Part shown: in pieces, positions 37,668 to 51,160 of the stretch | Layout: each line of letters starts with the position of its first letter | Position numbering within the stretch: the stretch's first letter is position 1 | Assembly (NCBI GenBank): GCA_951406725.2 | Contig: OX597829.1 | Coordinates: 24,924,001-24,988,000 of the forward strand | Direction of reading: 5' to 3' | Length of the DNA: 64,000 nt | DNA from: Octopus vulgaris | Taxonomy: Eukaryota | The notes under the pieces: model-generated | Told to the model about the DNA's origin: nothing | What the model saw: only the letters and a program-made list of their open reading frames with translations | Database searches by the model: none | Translations under genes and position numbers: made by a program

Positions 37668-39899
37668 GACAACTGATATGTTATCATTATATCAGTGGTG
37701 TTATATTTGAGGTTTTACATTAAGAAGGGTTGGTTATATTTTTACCTCCATTCTCTTACATCCACTCATTAAAAAAACAAAAATTAATTTCTCTAAATGT
37801 TTTTCCTTGTCATGCTATTTTCTACAATGTATTGCCAAATGACATTTGCTTTTTATTATTATTATTATTTTTTTTTTTTTTTTTTACAATATTTAACCAT
37901 ATTTTCATTCAAGATGAAGGCTTTGGTTTTTTTTTAATTTACAAAATAATTTGATTGTTATGCTGTTAACTTTGCTGAATACTAAGCAAAAAGCTGTGTG
38001 TGTTTGTTGGTTTTAGAATTGATAAAACTAGTTCAGCTGTCCATTGTGACATTTAGTCATGGGCTTTGCCATTTGGAATTTGAATCTCAGTAAGGTGCAT
38101 TTTGCCTTTCATCCTTTTGAGTCAACAAAATAAAGTGCTAGTCACATACTTAGGTTGATATAATCGACTGTACTCACACTGTCTCCCTGAATATTTCAAG
38201 GTCTATTAGAGGTCACTAATATTTTGTTTATTCAAACAGATCTGAAGTATTGTTCATCTGATGTCAGCTATTATACTGAAGGCGTCTCTTCGTGTTTAAC
38301 AAATAAAATTGATCTCTTTTGGCATTGACGATGATACATATTCAGTTGTTTGATCAACTGGATTATCTGCTCATTGAATTAGCTTGTAAGTGACTGCGTG
38401 TTCCACACACACATTTTGATACCAACTCTCCTGAGACTTACCCTGGTTCTATGATGCAATCTTCCTGTTTCAAAGTGATCTAAATTAAAACTTTCCATCA
38501 AATTTTCGTGCTAAAATACGTTTCAAATACTACATTAATAATGAGTTATTTTACTGAGTTATCCTTTTCAAAACTAATTCAAACAAAGGCAGTAAATTTT
38601 CAGTAGTACTATGGCAACAAGAATGTTAATTATAACTGTCATGAAGACCCAAGGCTGTACCTTTTTGTATTAGAGGTACAATGGCAAATGACACTTGCTG
38701 TAGATAGATGCCACCCTGGGTGCTGAATTCAGAAATTTGTGACCACAAACTAAATTCTTAACCATTCTACAGAAATTAAATATAATCACTTTTAGTTTAT
38801 TAGAACTAACACTATAATGAAACGTAGAGTTAGTGGGCTTCCTTCTCTCTATTCCTCTCTCTAGGAAGTTTACTTGTCCTTTTGACCTTGCCTTGCCATA
38901 CATGAACTTTAACCTATTGACCTCTTCTCATCAAAACTATTTTGGTTATTTGGAATGTGTTAGTAACACATTGAAAAGAGAGACTGGTTTAGAATTACAT
39001 TTAAAAACTGAATATGATTTAATTTTTGACTCCTGAACTAATCAAAAATGTTGTGTATTACCATTTTTTGTTTATATCATTGAAATATGATTTCAGACTT
39101 GGCTGGAATCTTTCAGATTACTCCATCTATTTCAAAACTTAACTGGTTTTACTTTCTGTTTACTCAAGCTTTACATGTTTAATACTTTTTGTTGTGATAT
39201 TTTCATATTATGCAACACAATAGCTAATTAATAGTTTATAGCTGAACTAGGGAAAACTTAGTGTTTTATGAACAAGAGGGAAGAAACAAATGTAACAACT
39301 CAGACCAGCATTTTAAAAATCTTTTTTCTGCATTGTTTATTTATTTTCACATATGTGCAGTGTTAAACTTTTTTTGTCTCTGTAACTATATCTTTTATTC
39401 ATGGCTGTATTTCAGTTGCTGTTATTTACTAGATTGACTGATCAAACAACTTCAAAATCTTTTCCTTTAAAGTTGGTATAGTCTTTTGTTGAAAGATTTT
39501 GGATATTTAATGATTTGTGGTATAAAAACAATGATAAATATATATTTTTAGGGAGAACCAGGTTTTCCTCAGTTTCTATATTCTAAGATCAGTGTGCCTT
39601 AATAGTGCAGATATTTGCCAAATTAACAAATATTATTGAAAATGTGAATTTTCTTTCTTAACATTTACTGATATGTGTTTGCATGCACACACACATGTAT
39701 GTATTTCACTTTGATTTTATAAATAATGTTATTAGAGATATGCAAAATAAACTTTTTCTGCATTTACACCTTCAATATTGCCTTAAATGTTTTAATTTAG
39801 ATAGTTATTTCCTCCTATTTCACTGTTTCTTATAAATTCACCATTCTCATCAGTAGATCTTAAATGGTGGTCAAGCACCTGTAATTAGCCACATGATTG

Positions 39900-41150
39900 A
39901 TTTTGTATTTCATGATACCCATTCTTTTAGGTTCAGTAAGTATCACTTCTTCCATGCTGACCAACAGGAACTTTGGTATATGGTAGTAATTTGCAATGAG
40001 TTTGGTTCTTTTCTTTAGGATTATAGTTGGGTGAAAGCTGTTAGGGAAACTATGAGGAAGACTGTAGACCATCTATCCATTTCTCTAGTATTCAATGATT
40101 TCCCATGTGGTATCTGCTTTTTTTGTATTCTTTGATTTCCAAATGTGTTTGGAGAGAGATGTGGAGGTTTTATTCCAGATAGCAGAATGAGTTGAGTTGG
40201 TGTAGACAGCTTTTGAATGTTTACCATCAACCCAATATAGTAGGATCAACTGTTGGAAAATACAGAAAACATGCTTGTTTCAACTTGCCTTTCATGGAGC
40301 AGGTCTATGCTGTGACAGGTACATGTTAGTTTCTCATTTCATGGTGTTGCCAAAGGATACCTGTATTATGGATCTTTATGGTGCTGGATATAATCCTTAT
40401 ACTATTGGAGTTTTTGTTGTGCAGGATGGAGATAGGGGGTGGGAGCACTGTGTTAGAAAGTTGAATGGGTTAACAAAGGTGGGTTAAAGATTTAATTATG
40501 ATTTCATAATCATCTTTCTCCCTTAATTCCTTTAGTATTCTCATACAGAATCATATCGACACAAATAACTCCTACATAAGCCCGCCTGATTTTGCAATGC
40601 ACTCCTCCTCCACTTGCTTTTATAATACAGGTCCAACTTCCACTACTTATATTTAAAACTTTGGCTAATTTCCATCACAACAATTCCCATTGGTAGCTGA
40701 AAGCCTCTATTGCCCCCTTTGGCTACTATCATAGAAACACAATTTCTGCAATGAGGAATTTATATTATGTACCCTATTTACATTAATCAAACTGATGTCC
40801 TCATCTTGATTGTTGCTTTCACTATGTTTTGACTGTTCTACCCTGCAGCCTTCTACTAGTGTCTTGTGTCAAACTCAGTTGTATCAGAATTTCAAACCTA
40901 ACCCTTTGATACATGGAGGTACACTGTTCTCATTCCACTCACTATATTCAAAACCAACATTCACAGAAGAGTACCCCAACTTCAATTCTCATCATCCGTC
41001 TATATTAATAAACATGAAATTCTGTTTGTTCAGGATCTCTGTATCTCAGTCCACATTTCCTCTACATAAACATATACCTTTTTGGTACCAGAATAATCCA
41101 AGGATTGAAAATCTGCCCTTCATTTGGTTCTTAAACATTCAGCATTGGGA
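39900..41150 (-). mobile_element. Highly degenerate Penelope-like element (end of RT plus GIY-YIG)
   Basis: Minus-strand remnants 'IFNPP', 'YYIG' and 'TSLSKHIWKSK...TWEII'. Confidence 0.6.
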
Positions 41151-41459
41151 TCTGATTTAGAAGCATTTGGGTTGCTACTTCTAGCAGGTAAAGCTTGGCT
41201 GAGTCATGCCATCTTGGTTGGCGTTTATCAGAAATCAAGGGGGAGGTAAATGACATTCGCTTATGTTGAGATAATAACTTTAGGGCAAATTGGCCAACAG
41301 TTGGAAGTCAACTTGGGGACTGGAGCAATAGAATGATTGCATTACAGAATTAATTCTCATCCATCTTTTAACCTCTGATCAAACACCACCAGGGCATATA
41401 GTCATGCTATTTAGCTCTCATTAATTTTAGGCCACAGGTCTAATTAGACAGGAGGTAGC

Positions 41460-42350
41460 TTAAAAGTCTGCACACAGTGTGGCTTTTAAGCTAGTACAGT
41501 GTCAAGAGAGGGATTGCTCATTACCTACGACATTGAGCAAAAACTATAAGTAACAATCCTGGCATATACTACTAAGAAATGATCAAACTGAGAAACACTA
41601 CAATGTAGCAACTGCCCAGCAAGCATACTATCTACCCTAGCTAGGAGGAGGGAAGAAGATGAAATCCAAGAAAACATTGCCATGGTATGACTACCCTATG
41701 TCAGTGGCCTCAGAAAAGACAAAAAGATCTGTGGTCCATATGACATCAGGATGGTATTGAGAAGTAATTCAACACTTAGCAGATACCTCTTCCAAGTGAA
41801 GGCCCTCATACAAGAGAATATAACCAAAAACTGTGTGCAGCTGTGGTAAGGTTTACAAAGGAGAGACATGCTACCCCCTTGAAGTATGAGTAGGGGAACA
41901 TCAGAAAACCATGACATGGAGGGATATTGATAAGTCAGGTATAGCCAATTACATTTGGGAAAATGAAGGCCACCAGCCACTATGGAATGAGGTCAGAATA
42001 TCAGTTAGAGAGCACCACTGGAAAATTAGAAAACTTAGGCAGTTTTCCTATGTGTGCTACTTGCTTAACCCTTTCATTACTGTATTTATTTTGAGATGCT
42101 CTGTGTTTCTTTCAATTACTTTAAATATAACAAAGAATTTAGTGAAATAACTTAGTTATCATTCAGCTAGTGTTAGGAACATAAATTGTGATTAAGGTTT
42201 GGTGAAAGATTTTAATTCAAAACTTATGAAAACAAGACCTTTGTACTACAGAGCCATAGGCAGTTTCAGTCGGGTTGGTAACGAAAGGGTTAGGCAGGTC
42301 AAGTGCAGAGTTAAATACAATATGGGAACAAATAATTAAGGAAGAAAAGG
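41460..42350 (+). mobile_element. Degenerate Penelope-like GIY-YIG endonuclease region
   Basis: 'LPYVSGL', 'KICGPYDIRMVLRSNSTLSRYL', 'CSCGKVYKGET', 'KSGIANYIWENEGHQPLWNEV...REHHWKIRKL'. Confidence 0.8.
42069..42289. mobile_element. piggyBac-type MITE
   Basis: TTAA|ccctttcattac ... gtaacgaaaggg|TTAG; interrupts the Penelope remnant. Confidence 0.75.
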
Positions 42351-42791
42351 GCAGACTGCCACAAAAGTAATAACATTAGATTACACAGGCATTAAGTGTA
42401 TAAGCCTTAAAAATTCACTGTGTCACTGCCTACGGACATAGCATAGTGAGTAAAGATGTTGGTTAATGCAATGTAGTCACCTAGAGGTTCTGAGTCCAAT
42501 CCCTGAGAAGGTGCTAAGGTGAAGTCACAAGAAAATGAACTGAAGCAAAAATTGCAGAGTGGAATGAATACAGTGTACCTATGTAGATCAAACAAGATAT
42601 AAGTACTGAATAGAGAGAGGTGGAGGGGGGATTGTCTTTTATCAGCTGGGCATTGTGTATTCTCACTCATAACTTGCATATGATGGTGAAGGTTTAATTT
42701 TTCATTGGTGCAATATACAATTGATTTACATGTATATAAATATAAACAAACTAACATGTTTTTTTGTGTGTTTTTTTAAGCATCAAAATGT

Positions 42792-43037
42792 GTATTGTAT
42801 TGATGCAAATAAAATATTTTTCCAAACACAGAATTGCCATTAGAACAGCAGAAATTTGTTAGTGGGCAGTTTAACGTAATGGTAAAGCACTCAGCCAGAG
42901 TTGTGAGGGATGTGGGTTTGAGTCCAATGGCTGTTTGTTGACAAATTTTTCCACTCTGTTAGGATAATTAACCCAATATTTCTGCTGTTCTAACAGCAAT
43001 TGTTTGAAAAAAAAATCTTATTTGTATTGTGCAATAC
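42792..43037. mobile_element. Inverted-repeat element enclosing a tRNA-like sequence (about 42865-42935)
   Basis: Imperfect inverted repeats of about 60 bp (ttagaacagcagaaat / atttctgctgttctaa). Internal A-box-like taacgtaatggt and B-box-like ggtttgagtcc. Confidence 0.6.
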
Positions 43038-44586
43038 AATTTATTATTTCCTAAAAGAAGGAATATATTGTATTATTAAGTTTTCATAGTATTGTTGCTT
43101 AAGATTTTAGAAGGTAGTTGTCATTAAAATAATTAACAATGTCTTTATTATATGCATACATATCATTTGGAATTAAACATTTTTTAAATGACTCGATATT
43201 AATGACCACCTTGCTCAAATTATTTCATTCTTAAAAACATTTTCAGACGAGAAAAAAAATTTTTAATAAAATTTATCAATTTTTCTATGAAGGTTTTTGT
43301 TTTTTATTCTTTCAAGCAAAAAGGAAAAAAAAAGATTTCTCCTTTGTCTTGTTTTAGTCATTGGACTGTGGTCATGCTGAAGCAACACCTTGAAGGATCT
43401 TTGTTGAATAGTTCATTCCTTTGGGTTTTGAAGACTAGTACTTATTCTGTTGGTCTCTTTTGCCTAGATGAGTGAGGAGTGAATATAATAATGAACACAC
43501 GTTTAGGGATGATATATAGAGAAGAGTGAAAGATCTAGAAATTGGGTAAAGTTGCAAGGTAGATGTGAATAGTGGGGATAAGGAGTGGAGAGTAGGAACT
43601 AACTGACAGTAGAAGGAAGAGTAAGAAATAGTAGAATAGTAATGATAATACCACTGAGAGGGACAGGAGATGAGAGAAAGAGATGATGTGTGGTTGAAGA
43701 CATTTAATGTAGAAAGTGACGGGAGAGAACAGCATTAAAAAAGGATGGTTAATAAATGAAATGGTTCCAGGTTGTAAGAGGAATAGGTGGTATCAGTGAA
43801 GTACGGCTGTTCAGTACAATTACGACAGCAGAATACTGCAGTTTAGAGAAATGATAGATGGTAAGAAAGTCCTAAGAAGGAAACTGGGTTGGGTAGATGT
43901 GATGTTATTATCATCATCATCATCATCATCGTCATCGTTTAACATCCACCTTCCATGCAGGCATGGGTTAGACGGTTTGACAGGAGCTGGCCAGGTTGAA
44001 GACTACCCCAGGCTAGTGCTTCCAGAATCTTAGTGTCATTCAGGTGGATAGGTTTCTCAAGAACCATATATTACCAGCAGTTCTTTTGTCATCTCTGTGA
44101 TGTTCAGGGTCCAGAGATCAGCCTTCACCCTTGATTCCATGTCTTCCTCTATTGCAAAACTCTATTTAAATATGGTGATCAGCACTTTATGTGGCTGTCC
44201 TTATCTGTACATGTTGCATGAAGTCTTCTTGCACATTACATCTGATTCTTCTTATGCCTAAGTTTTTCTCCACATATGTGTACTGTCTCGTTCATGCAAA
44301 CTTTCATTGTTTCCTTCATTTTTCCCCACAGTTTTCTCAAAACTTCTGCATTCAAGGCCCATGCTTGCTTTAATGCAGGATGATAATTGTAACACAAGTA
44401 TGACTCAGTCTGCCCTTCACTGTAAAAAAAAAAAGGGTTTTGTTGTCAGTAGTAGTAGTAGCTCTCTGAACTTCCTGCAGCCTGTTCTTACTCACGCTAC
44501 ATTACTTACAGAACCACCACCAATTGTTTACTAGTTAAGCTATCGACTACTTTTAATGAACTATTGTTAGTAGGAAACAAGACATC

Positions 44587-44980
44587 TTATTTCTTTACTG
44601 CCCACAAGGGGCTACATACAGAGGGGACAAACGGATTAAGTTGATTATATTGACTCCAGTGCGTAACTGGTACTTATTTAATCGACCCCGAAAGGGTGAA
44701 AGACAAAGTCTACCTCGGTGGAATTTGAACTCAGAACGTAGCAGCAGATAAAATAACTACTTCTTTACTACCCACAAGGGGCTAAACAGAGGGGACAGAC
44801 AAATGGATTAAGTCAATTACATCGACCTCAGTGTGTAACTGGTACTTAATTTATCGACCCCAAAAGGATGAAAGGCAAAGTCAACCTCGGCGGAATTTGA
44901 ACTCAGAACTTAACGGCAGACGAAATACCGCTAAGCATTTCACCCACTGTGCTAACAATTCTGCCAGCTTGCCGCCTTAA
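44587..44980 (-). mobile_element. Tandem dimer of the 144-615 family SINE
   Basis: Two consecutive copies, each starting ttctttact.cccacaaggggcta. Confidence 0.85.
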
Positions 44981-45189
44981 AACAAGACATAATCCTGTTA
45001 CCATCAGGGAAAAGATCATGCTCAATGTGTTGAAAAGTAGTGATTAGAAACCCATTGTTGTACTCCATAAAACGTATTGATGCACAATGAGTGTTGTGGG
45101 ATCATAGACCAGCTAATAGAGAAATCTAGTTTTGTAAGTAGCAGATGCACTTAAATGACAAGCACTAAGAGATTTATTTGCTGATGTGC

Positions 45190-46210
45190 ATAGCACATGT
45201 GGAACTAAATTAAATTTTGAATTAAAAACAGATCTGATAAAACATACCACATGATATCGTGTATTGTTAGAGCTGCTTTTAATGTGCGAACTGCCTTGCT
45301 ACACAGCAGTAAAAATTGAGCCATGACTGCTGAATATATGCATAGGCTTGAAAGAAATGAAGCTAGTATGATCCGCTGGATGTGTCATGTCAGTGTGCTT
45401 ACACTACAGAGTGTAAGCATCCTGATAGAAAAGTTGGATATAAGAAGCATCAGATGTGATGTGCAAGAGAGATGACTGCGCTGGTATGGTCATGTGTTGC
45501 GTGTGGGTGAGGATAGCTTTGTGAAGAAGTGTCACACCCTAACAGTGGAAGTGGTAGACCCAGGAAGACATGGGATGAGGTGGTGAAACCCGTCGAAACT
45601 ACACCTGATTATATATACACTTTAGATGAGTTGTAGTGCACCTGAGCACTGTACACAATTATTATTATTATTATTATTATTATATGACCATCAAATTTTG
45701 GGCCTCACATAGGCAATGACTAGTGACTGAGACCTTTGGCGATATGCTGTGCTTGAGAAAACCCAGAAAGTTAAGCGAGATTGCAGCTATGGCTGATGCC
45801 AGTGTTGCATAACCAGCCCATTTAAAAGTACCCTTGAATCATCGGGCAATATGATGTGCTTGAGAAGACCTGTTGAGTCAAGTGAAATCAAAATCGTAGT
45901 TTTGGCCAGTGCCACCTGACTGGAACCCATGCTAGTGCTGCCTGACTGGCTCCCCATGCCAGTGGCACATAAAAAGCACCATTCGAATGTGGTCAATGCC
46001 AGTACTACCTGACTGGCTCCCGTGCCGGTGGCATGTAAAAAGCACATGCTACACTCTCAGAGTGGTTGGCATTAGGAACAATATCCAGCTGTAGAAACCT
46101 TGCCAGATCAGATTGGAGCCTGGTGCAGCCTACTGGCCTGCCGTTCCTCAATGAAATTGTTCAACCCATGTCAGCATGGAAAGCAGATGTTAAACAATTA
46201 TGATGATGAT
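45190..46210 (+). mobile_element. 5'-truncated RTE LINE: ORF C-terminus, 3'UTR and (ATG)n tail
   Basis: 'RLERNEASMIRWMC...LRWYGHVLR...GRPRKTWDEVV' is followed by the same 3' sequence as 4575, 11575 and 15795. Confidence 0.85.
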
Positions 46211-47171
46211 GTGTTATGCTGCAGCACATCAGCAAATACACTTCACCCTATTTGCATATATGTACCAGCCTGGTGATTCAATTCATTTCAAGGAGCTGAA
46301 ACAATAGCAAACTATTATCTATTATTCTCGATCACCTTAGACGAGTTGTCTTGCTTCTCTTAGACAGTCAGTTTTCTTTAATACTTAATGTCATGTAGGG
46401 AGCTTTCCTAGGACACTGTCTTACAGTAAATTATTTTATAAACAAAACACATATATGTACGTGTGACTGATAATGTTCACTGCATTAGAGCAGCTTTCAA
46501 TTCGAATGCTTTCTCTAAGTTAACAAATGCCAGTAATAGTGGTTTCTTCTTAGCCAAGTATTTCTCCTGTAGTTGCATCCATAATCTCTCTTCTGTGTAT
46601 GAAACCAAACTATTTTTCCATCTACTTCATGATTTCTTTTTGCATAACTTTTGAAAATAAGCAGATTTTTCTCTGAAATTTTGTGACTTTTCCTCAAAAT
46701 CTCTCCATAACTAATTCTGAAAATAATTTTCCCTGTTGCAATAGAGACTGCAGGAGTTGAACAGGCAATATAAAGCAATGATATTTCTTCAATTTTTCTC
46801 ATTACAAAATTTGATGATACATACTGCCTTTGTAACTGAAACAAGATTACCAATGTAATGTATGTATTTTGAGTTGCATGGTTACCATGGAAGCAACTTT
46901 TCATTAGTTTTGCAAAACAGAAGAAACTTGGATAAAATTGATGACATCATCAGATAAATGCTGACACCAGCTCACACTTTTTATCAGTGTATAAAGTCAA
47001 GTTTAATCAAATAGTAACAGTGAAAGCACCATCATACATATATGCAGAGGATATGAAGACGATAGTGATCAGAAAGGAAAATTACAAGAAACTGGAAGAA
47101 ATGTGTGGGGATAGTATTGACCCACTAGGAGTAAGGGTGGAATTCAAAGAATTGTTGCCAGTTGTGGATTT

Positions 47172-47552
47172 GGATCTTTTCGGTTTGAACGGCAGTTTTT
47201 TCTAGCGGTGTCATATGAAATTGTCACCCTAGTATCGATCTATTGCATTTCAATCTGTTTTAGGGTTAGGGGTGGGAGGAAGGGTATCTTTTTTCTTCAC
47301 AAATGTAAATAAACCCAATCTGTTTCTTAAACGAGGGACATATTCATACGGCACAGAATGTTTTTTCCTCAATAGACGTCAGTGATTGGTTGAAATTGAA
47401 GAAATTGAAGAAAAAACAACAAATATCTTACAAACTATAGAATTTTCTCAATAAAGCCAAGAGAAAAGATGTTTTATAAACACATTCTACCAGTATATGA
47501 AGTTTAAAATTTTTTAGTTACCTAGAAATTATGTTAAAAACTGAAAAGATCT
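47172..47552. mobile_element. GG-ended MITE (GGATCTTTTC family)
   Basis: ggatcttttc ... gaaaagatct with perfect 8-bp TSD gtggattt. Right arm is homologous to 8480-8672. Confidence 0.85.
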
Positions 47553-48129
47553 GTGGATTTAATAGAAATTGAACCATTGATGAAGTACTATTATAAAGAA
47601 AATATGTTAAATTGAGAGGAAAAAGAAAGAGTAAAGTGTTTTATGTTATGTTTAAAAAATAGTGAAAAATAGAAGAACAATTGTAAATAATGTATATAAC
47701 GGTTCAAATGGTACCACATGGGAGTGGGGCCCATGCGACCATTTTCATTTTTCATTTTTTATATAATTTCATCACATTTACATTCGTTTATGTTTTTGAG
47801 TCCACTGTGGTCTTGTCTGTCCTTGGGGCTTTTTGCCTAATAAAGAAATCGTATCAATCAATGATTTATATCCCTGCCAAGTTTCACTGACAAAGTGAAA
47901 TATGATAAGAGGAACTGATTTATAGTTGTGAGAGAGCAACAGAGTAGAAATTATAGGAGAGACATGTGTGGAAGGGGTAGGCTGGGAAAAAGAAAGGATA
48001 TGTAACAAGTTGATGAGAAAGAGAACAAAATGGTAAGGGTGATGAAGTAACATGTGTATAAAGGTCTCGCATTTAAAGGGGAAGGGAAAAAGGGAAATGA
48101 AAAGTGAGAAGGGGATGAAGCTGGCATAG

Positions 48130-48490
48130 ATCCAACCTGTTAAGTTGGCTGTTATATTTTCTGAACAAATACCTTCCCTGTTAATTGTGACACCTAAATA
48201 ACAAAACTTATCAACTGCTTCCAGTGAGCCATCTAAGCATGTTAGAAAAACTATTTCTTGTTTGTTCATAGTGGATCTTATGCATACAACAAAGCTTATA
48301 TTATTCGATAGACTGCCTGTGATTCCACTACATGTCTTGCATGCTCGTAGCATACATCAGGTACAGTGTGTGAAGTTTATACCTTCGCCTTTCCTGCATA
48401 TCAAGCAAGGCTAGTTTCCCTCAAGAAACTGGAGTCCTGTGTTCTTTCCTACTTATTAAAATTCATATTTTTGCTAAACTTATCTTGCAG
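48130..48490 (-). mobile_element. RTE LINE fragment
   Basis: 'LEAVDKFCYLGVTI' and Cys-rich segment homologous to 14780-14950. Confidence 0.65.
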
Positions 48491-49077
48491 ATTAAACAAA
48501 AAGATTCTAAGGGCATAATTAAAGAACAAAAGAAATGAATGTAAAGACTTAATTTTCAATCCTTGGTCATGAATCTGTTATATACCTGTGTGTGTATGTG
48601 TATATATAGTGAATAACCAAAATACATGCATTGTGTGTGTGTGTAAATATATATATATATATATCTCTTATTATAAAAGGCAGATTTTATCTGCCTCCCT
48701 TTGGGAGTTATAGAAATCTACAATATAGGATTTCTTCAATTACAATTTACCTAGCATTTTTGAGAGTACAATGCATCGCGTCATGCCAGGTCCAGTTTTT
48801 AAAATTTAGACTCCAATTAAGCAAAATTTACAGAAAACTCACATTCTGGTGTGTGTGTCAAATGCTTTTCTTAGTCTGGTTTACACCACACGCAAACGCA
48901 CACACACAGTGGGCAACGAATAAAATGAAAGTAAATAGCGACAGAGTGATTTGAGGAAGACTAAAGTGAAAGTATTCTGTCTATGACGCTGATAGATACA
49001 TGAGTAAAATGTATGGGAAGCTAAGAGCTAAGAGTGAGTGAAAATGTTCTTGGAAGAGAGTAATTAGTAATAAAGTA

Positions 49078-49138
49078 AACATACACTCATACATACATAC
49101 ATACATACATACATACATACATACATACATACATACAT

Positions 49139-49169
<31 letters not shown>

Positions 49170-49217
49170 TACACACACACATACATACACACACACATAC
49201 ATACATACACACATACA

Positions 49218-49249
<32 letters not shown>

Positions 49250-49394
49250 CATACATACATACACACACACACATACACACACACACAGTATTGAAGCTTG
49301 AGAACAATCAGATACATTTGCAACACATCTGTTGAAAATATTATTGTTCACACACATACATATACATATATACATACAGACAGACAGACAGATA

Positions 49395-49425
<31 letters not shown>
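49078..49425. repeat. Compound (TACA)n/(CA)n microsatellite
   Basis: Directly visible; accounts for the spurious CV/MY-rich ORFs. Confidence 0.95.
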
Positions 49426-49428
<3 letters not shown>

Positions 49429-49469
49429 ATCCAGCATGGCCACAACCTCAAGGCTGAAACATATAAAAG

Positions 49470-49845
49470 AATAACAGAATATAAATGTGTGCAAAGTACA
49501 AGAAATATTAATGCAGTATATGGGGATTGGACAATAAGCGTAAGGCAGTGTCAATGGTGGTTCCAGAAATCCCGAGCCATAAACTACAGCCTAGAAGACG
49601 AGCCTCATCCTGAAAGATCTGTAGAACTCAACAAGGACATCCTGAAAACCCTGGTGGAACAAAATATCATCGTAACTGTTGAGGAACTAGCAGAGAAGCT
49701 TGGATTTGGTCATTCAACCATTCATTGACACCTGTGTGCTATCGGAAAAGTCAGCAAATTGGGTCAATGGGTTCCTCACGAACTTTCCGAGTCTAATTGC
49801 ATGCAGAGAGTGAATGTATGCTTTTCTTTGCTGTCATATCTCACC
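49470..49845 (+). mobile_element. Mariner transposase N-terminal fragment
   Basis: 'TRNINAVYG...SVRQCQWWFQK...SLEDEP....R', 'TVEELAEKLG', 'KLGQWVPHEL' (WVPHEL motif). Confidence 0.88.
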
Positions 49846-49863
49846 ACTACTGCGCTATGTATA

Positions 49864-50499
49864 TCTATATATATAAAACTGTAGTTGTGTGAGTGTCTGT
49901 CCTCTTCGATTTAGATTCCTAACTATTCCCACATTTTGCGGTACAGTTTAACCAAATTCGGGTAGCTTATAGTCGTGATTCATATCGAGCCCGTCTGAAT
50001 ATTAGCGCGCGTCTACGATGAGTCTACGATTTTAAAAATAATTTAACATCATTTTTTATTCCATTTTAATGCATAATTTTTCGTGTGTCGATGGCGGCGG
50101 AGTTGGCGTCCACGCTCACACCTGCACCTGTGGGGAAGGGAGTGTAAGGAAATCAACGTCGTAATGCGTTGTCAAGGAGACCAGTGTTCTTTTAGAACAA
50201 CGAATTCATGGCTTGAAGACACCAAAACAGAAATGGCTAAGAAAGCGTCTACATGAGTCTACGATTTAAAAAAAATTTACCATCGTTTTTTTTCCATTTT
50301 AATGCATTTTTTCGCTATTATATAAGGGAAGTAACTCTCTAAAAATGTCTACGATGAGTCAACGATTTAAAAAAAAATTTACCATCATATTTTTTCCATT
50401 TTTAATGCATTTTTTGCTATTTTTTGGCTATAACTCTCTAAAAATGCTTATATAGTTATTTCCCTTACAAACCCGAGCAACGCCAGGCGATACTGCTAG
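49864..50499 (+). mobile_element. Non-autonomous Helitron
   Basis: Starts A|TCTATATATATAAA and ends with the hairpin-like cccgagcaacgccaggc followed by CTAG|T. Three internal repeats of tctac.atgagtc.acgattt. Confidence 0.8.
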
Positions 50500-50616
50500 T
50501 ATATATATATATATATATATATAGTTAATCCAAACATGAAAACAAAGAGAAAATACAACGCGAGGACGTGAAACAAGTATAGTGTTATTGGACGCTCAAG
50601 AAAGGAAAGAAGGAGA

Positions 50617-50651
50617 ATTTAACGTTTCGAGTGGAGCTCTTTGTCAGAAAC
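50617..50651 (-). ncRNA. Second minimal hammerhead motif, core mutated CUGACGA>CUGACAA
   Basis: Reverse complement reads GTTT CTGACAA A GAGC TCC ACTC GAA ACGT T AAAT, within a repeat of about 180 bp (50530-50710) homologous to 9000-9160. Confidence 0.55.
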
Positions 50652-51160
50652 ATAGAAAAAAGAAAAGTTCCAAGGAAGGGAAGACGGAGGAAAAAAATCA
50701 CCAATGTACATACACAATACATGTGTTTTGGTTACTGAATTCACCAAGAGAAAATGTCTAGGGAGAGGCTCCCTAATAACACTAAGTGTTAAAACAACTG
50801 AAAGTCATAGATTAGGCAAGACAAGTCACCTTGGATGGAATCAAGAGTGATGGATACTGGTATTTAGCCAATATTGTAACTTACCAGCACCTTGAATTTG
50901 GTTCAAACCAAAAACGAACTGAATCGCTAGTCTATGACTATATACAGATAATGTGAAAGCTATTGGATGGTTGTGCAACAGCAATGTACATGTGTAAGTA
51001 AATTGAATTACAACTTAAAAAGCAATGTAATCATTTTTGATCACATCATGTTTTGAATCGCTGTGTTACTACGGAGCCTCTCCTCTGACACTATTCCACA
51101 GTGAATAAATACACAGCAACCAAATACCTCATTATCTAATTAATGACATAAATGAATCAG

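Noticed and set aside
48981-49554. Overlapping Cys/Val/Tyr/Met-rich ORFs (also 2332-3111 and 15642-16022)
   Set aside because: They are translations of (CA)n, (TACA)n and (TA)n microsatellites.
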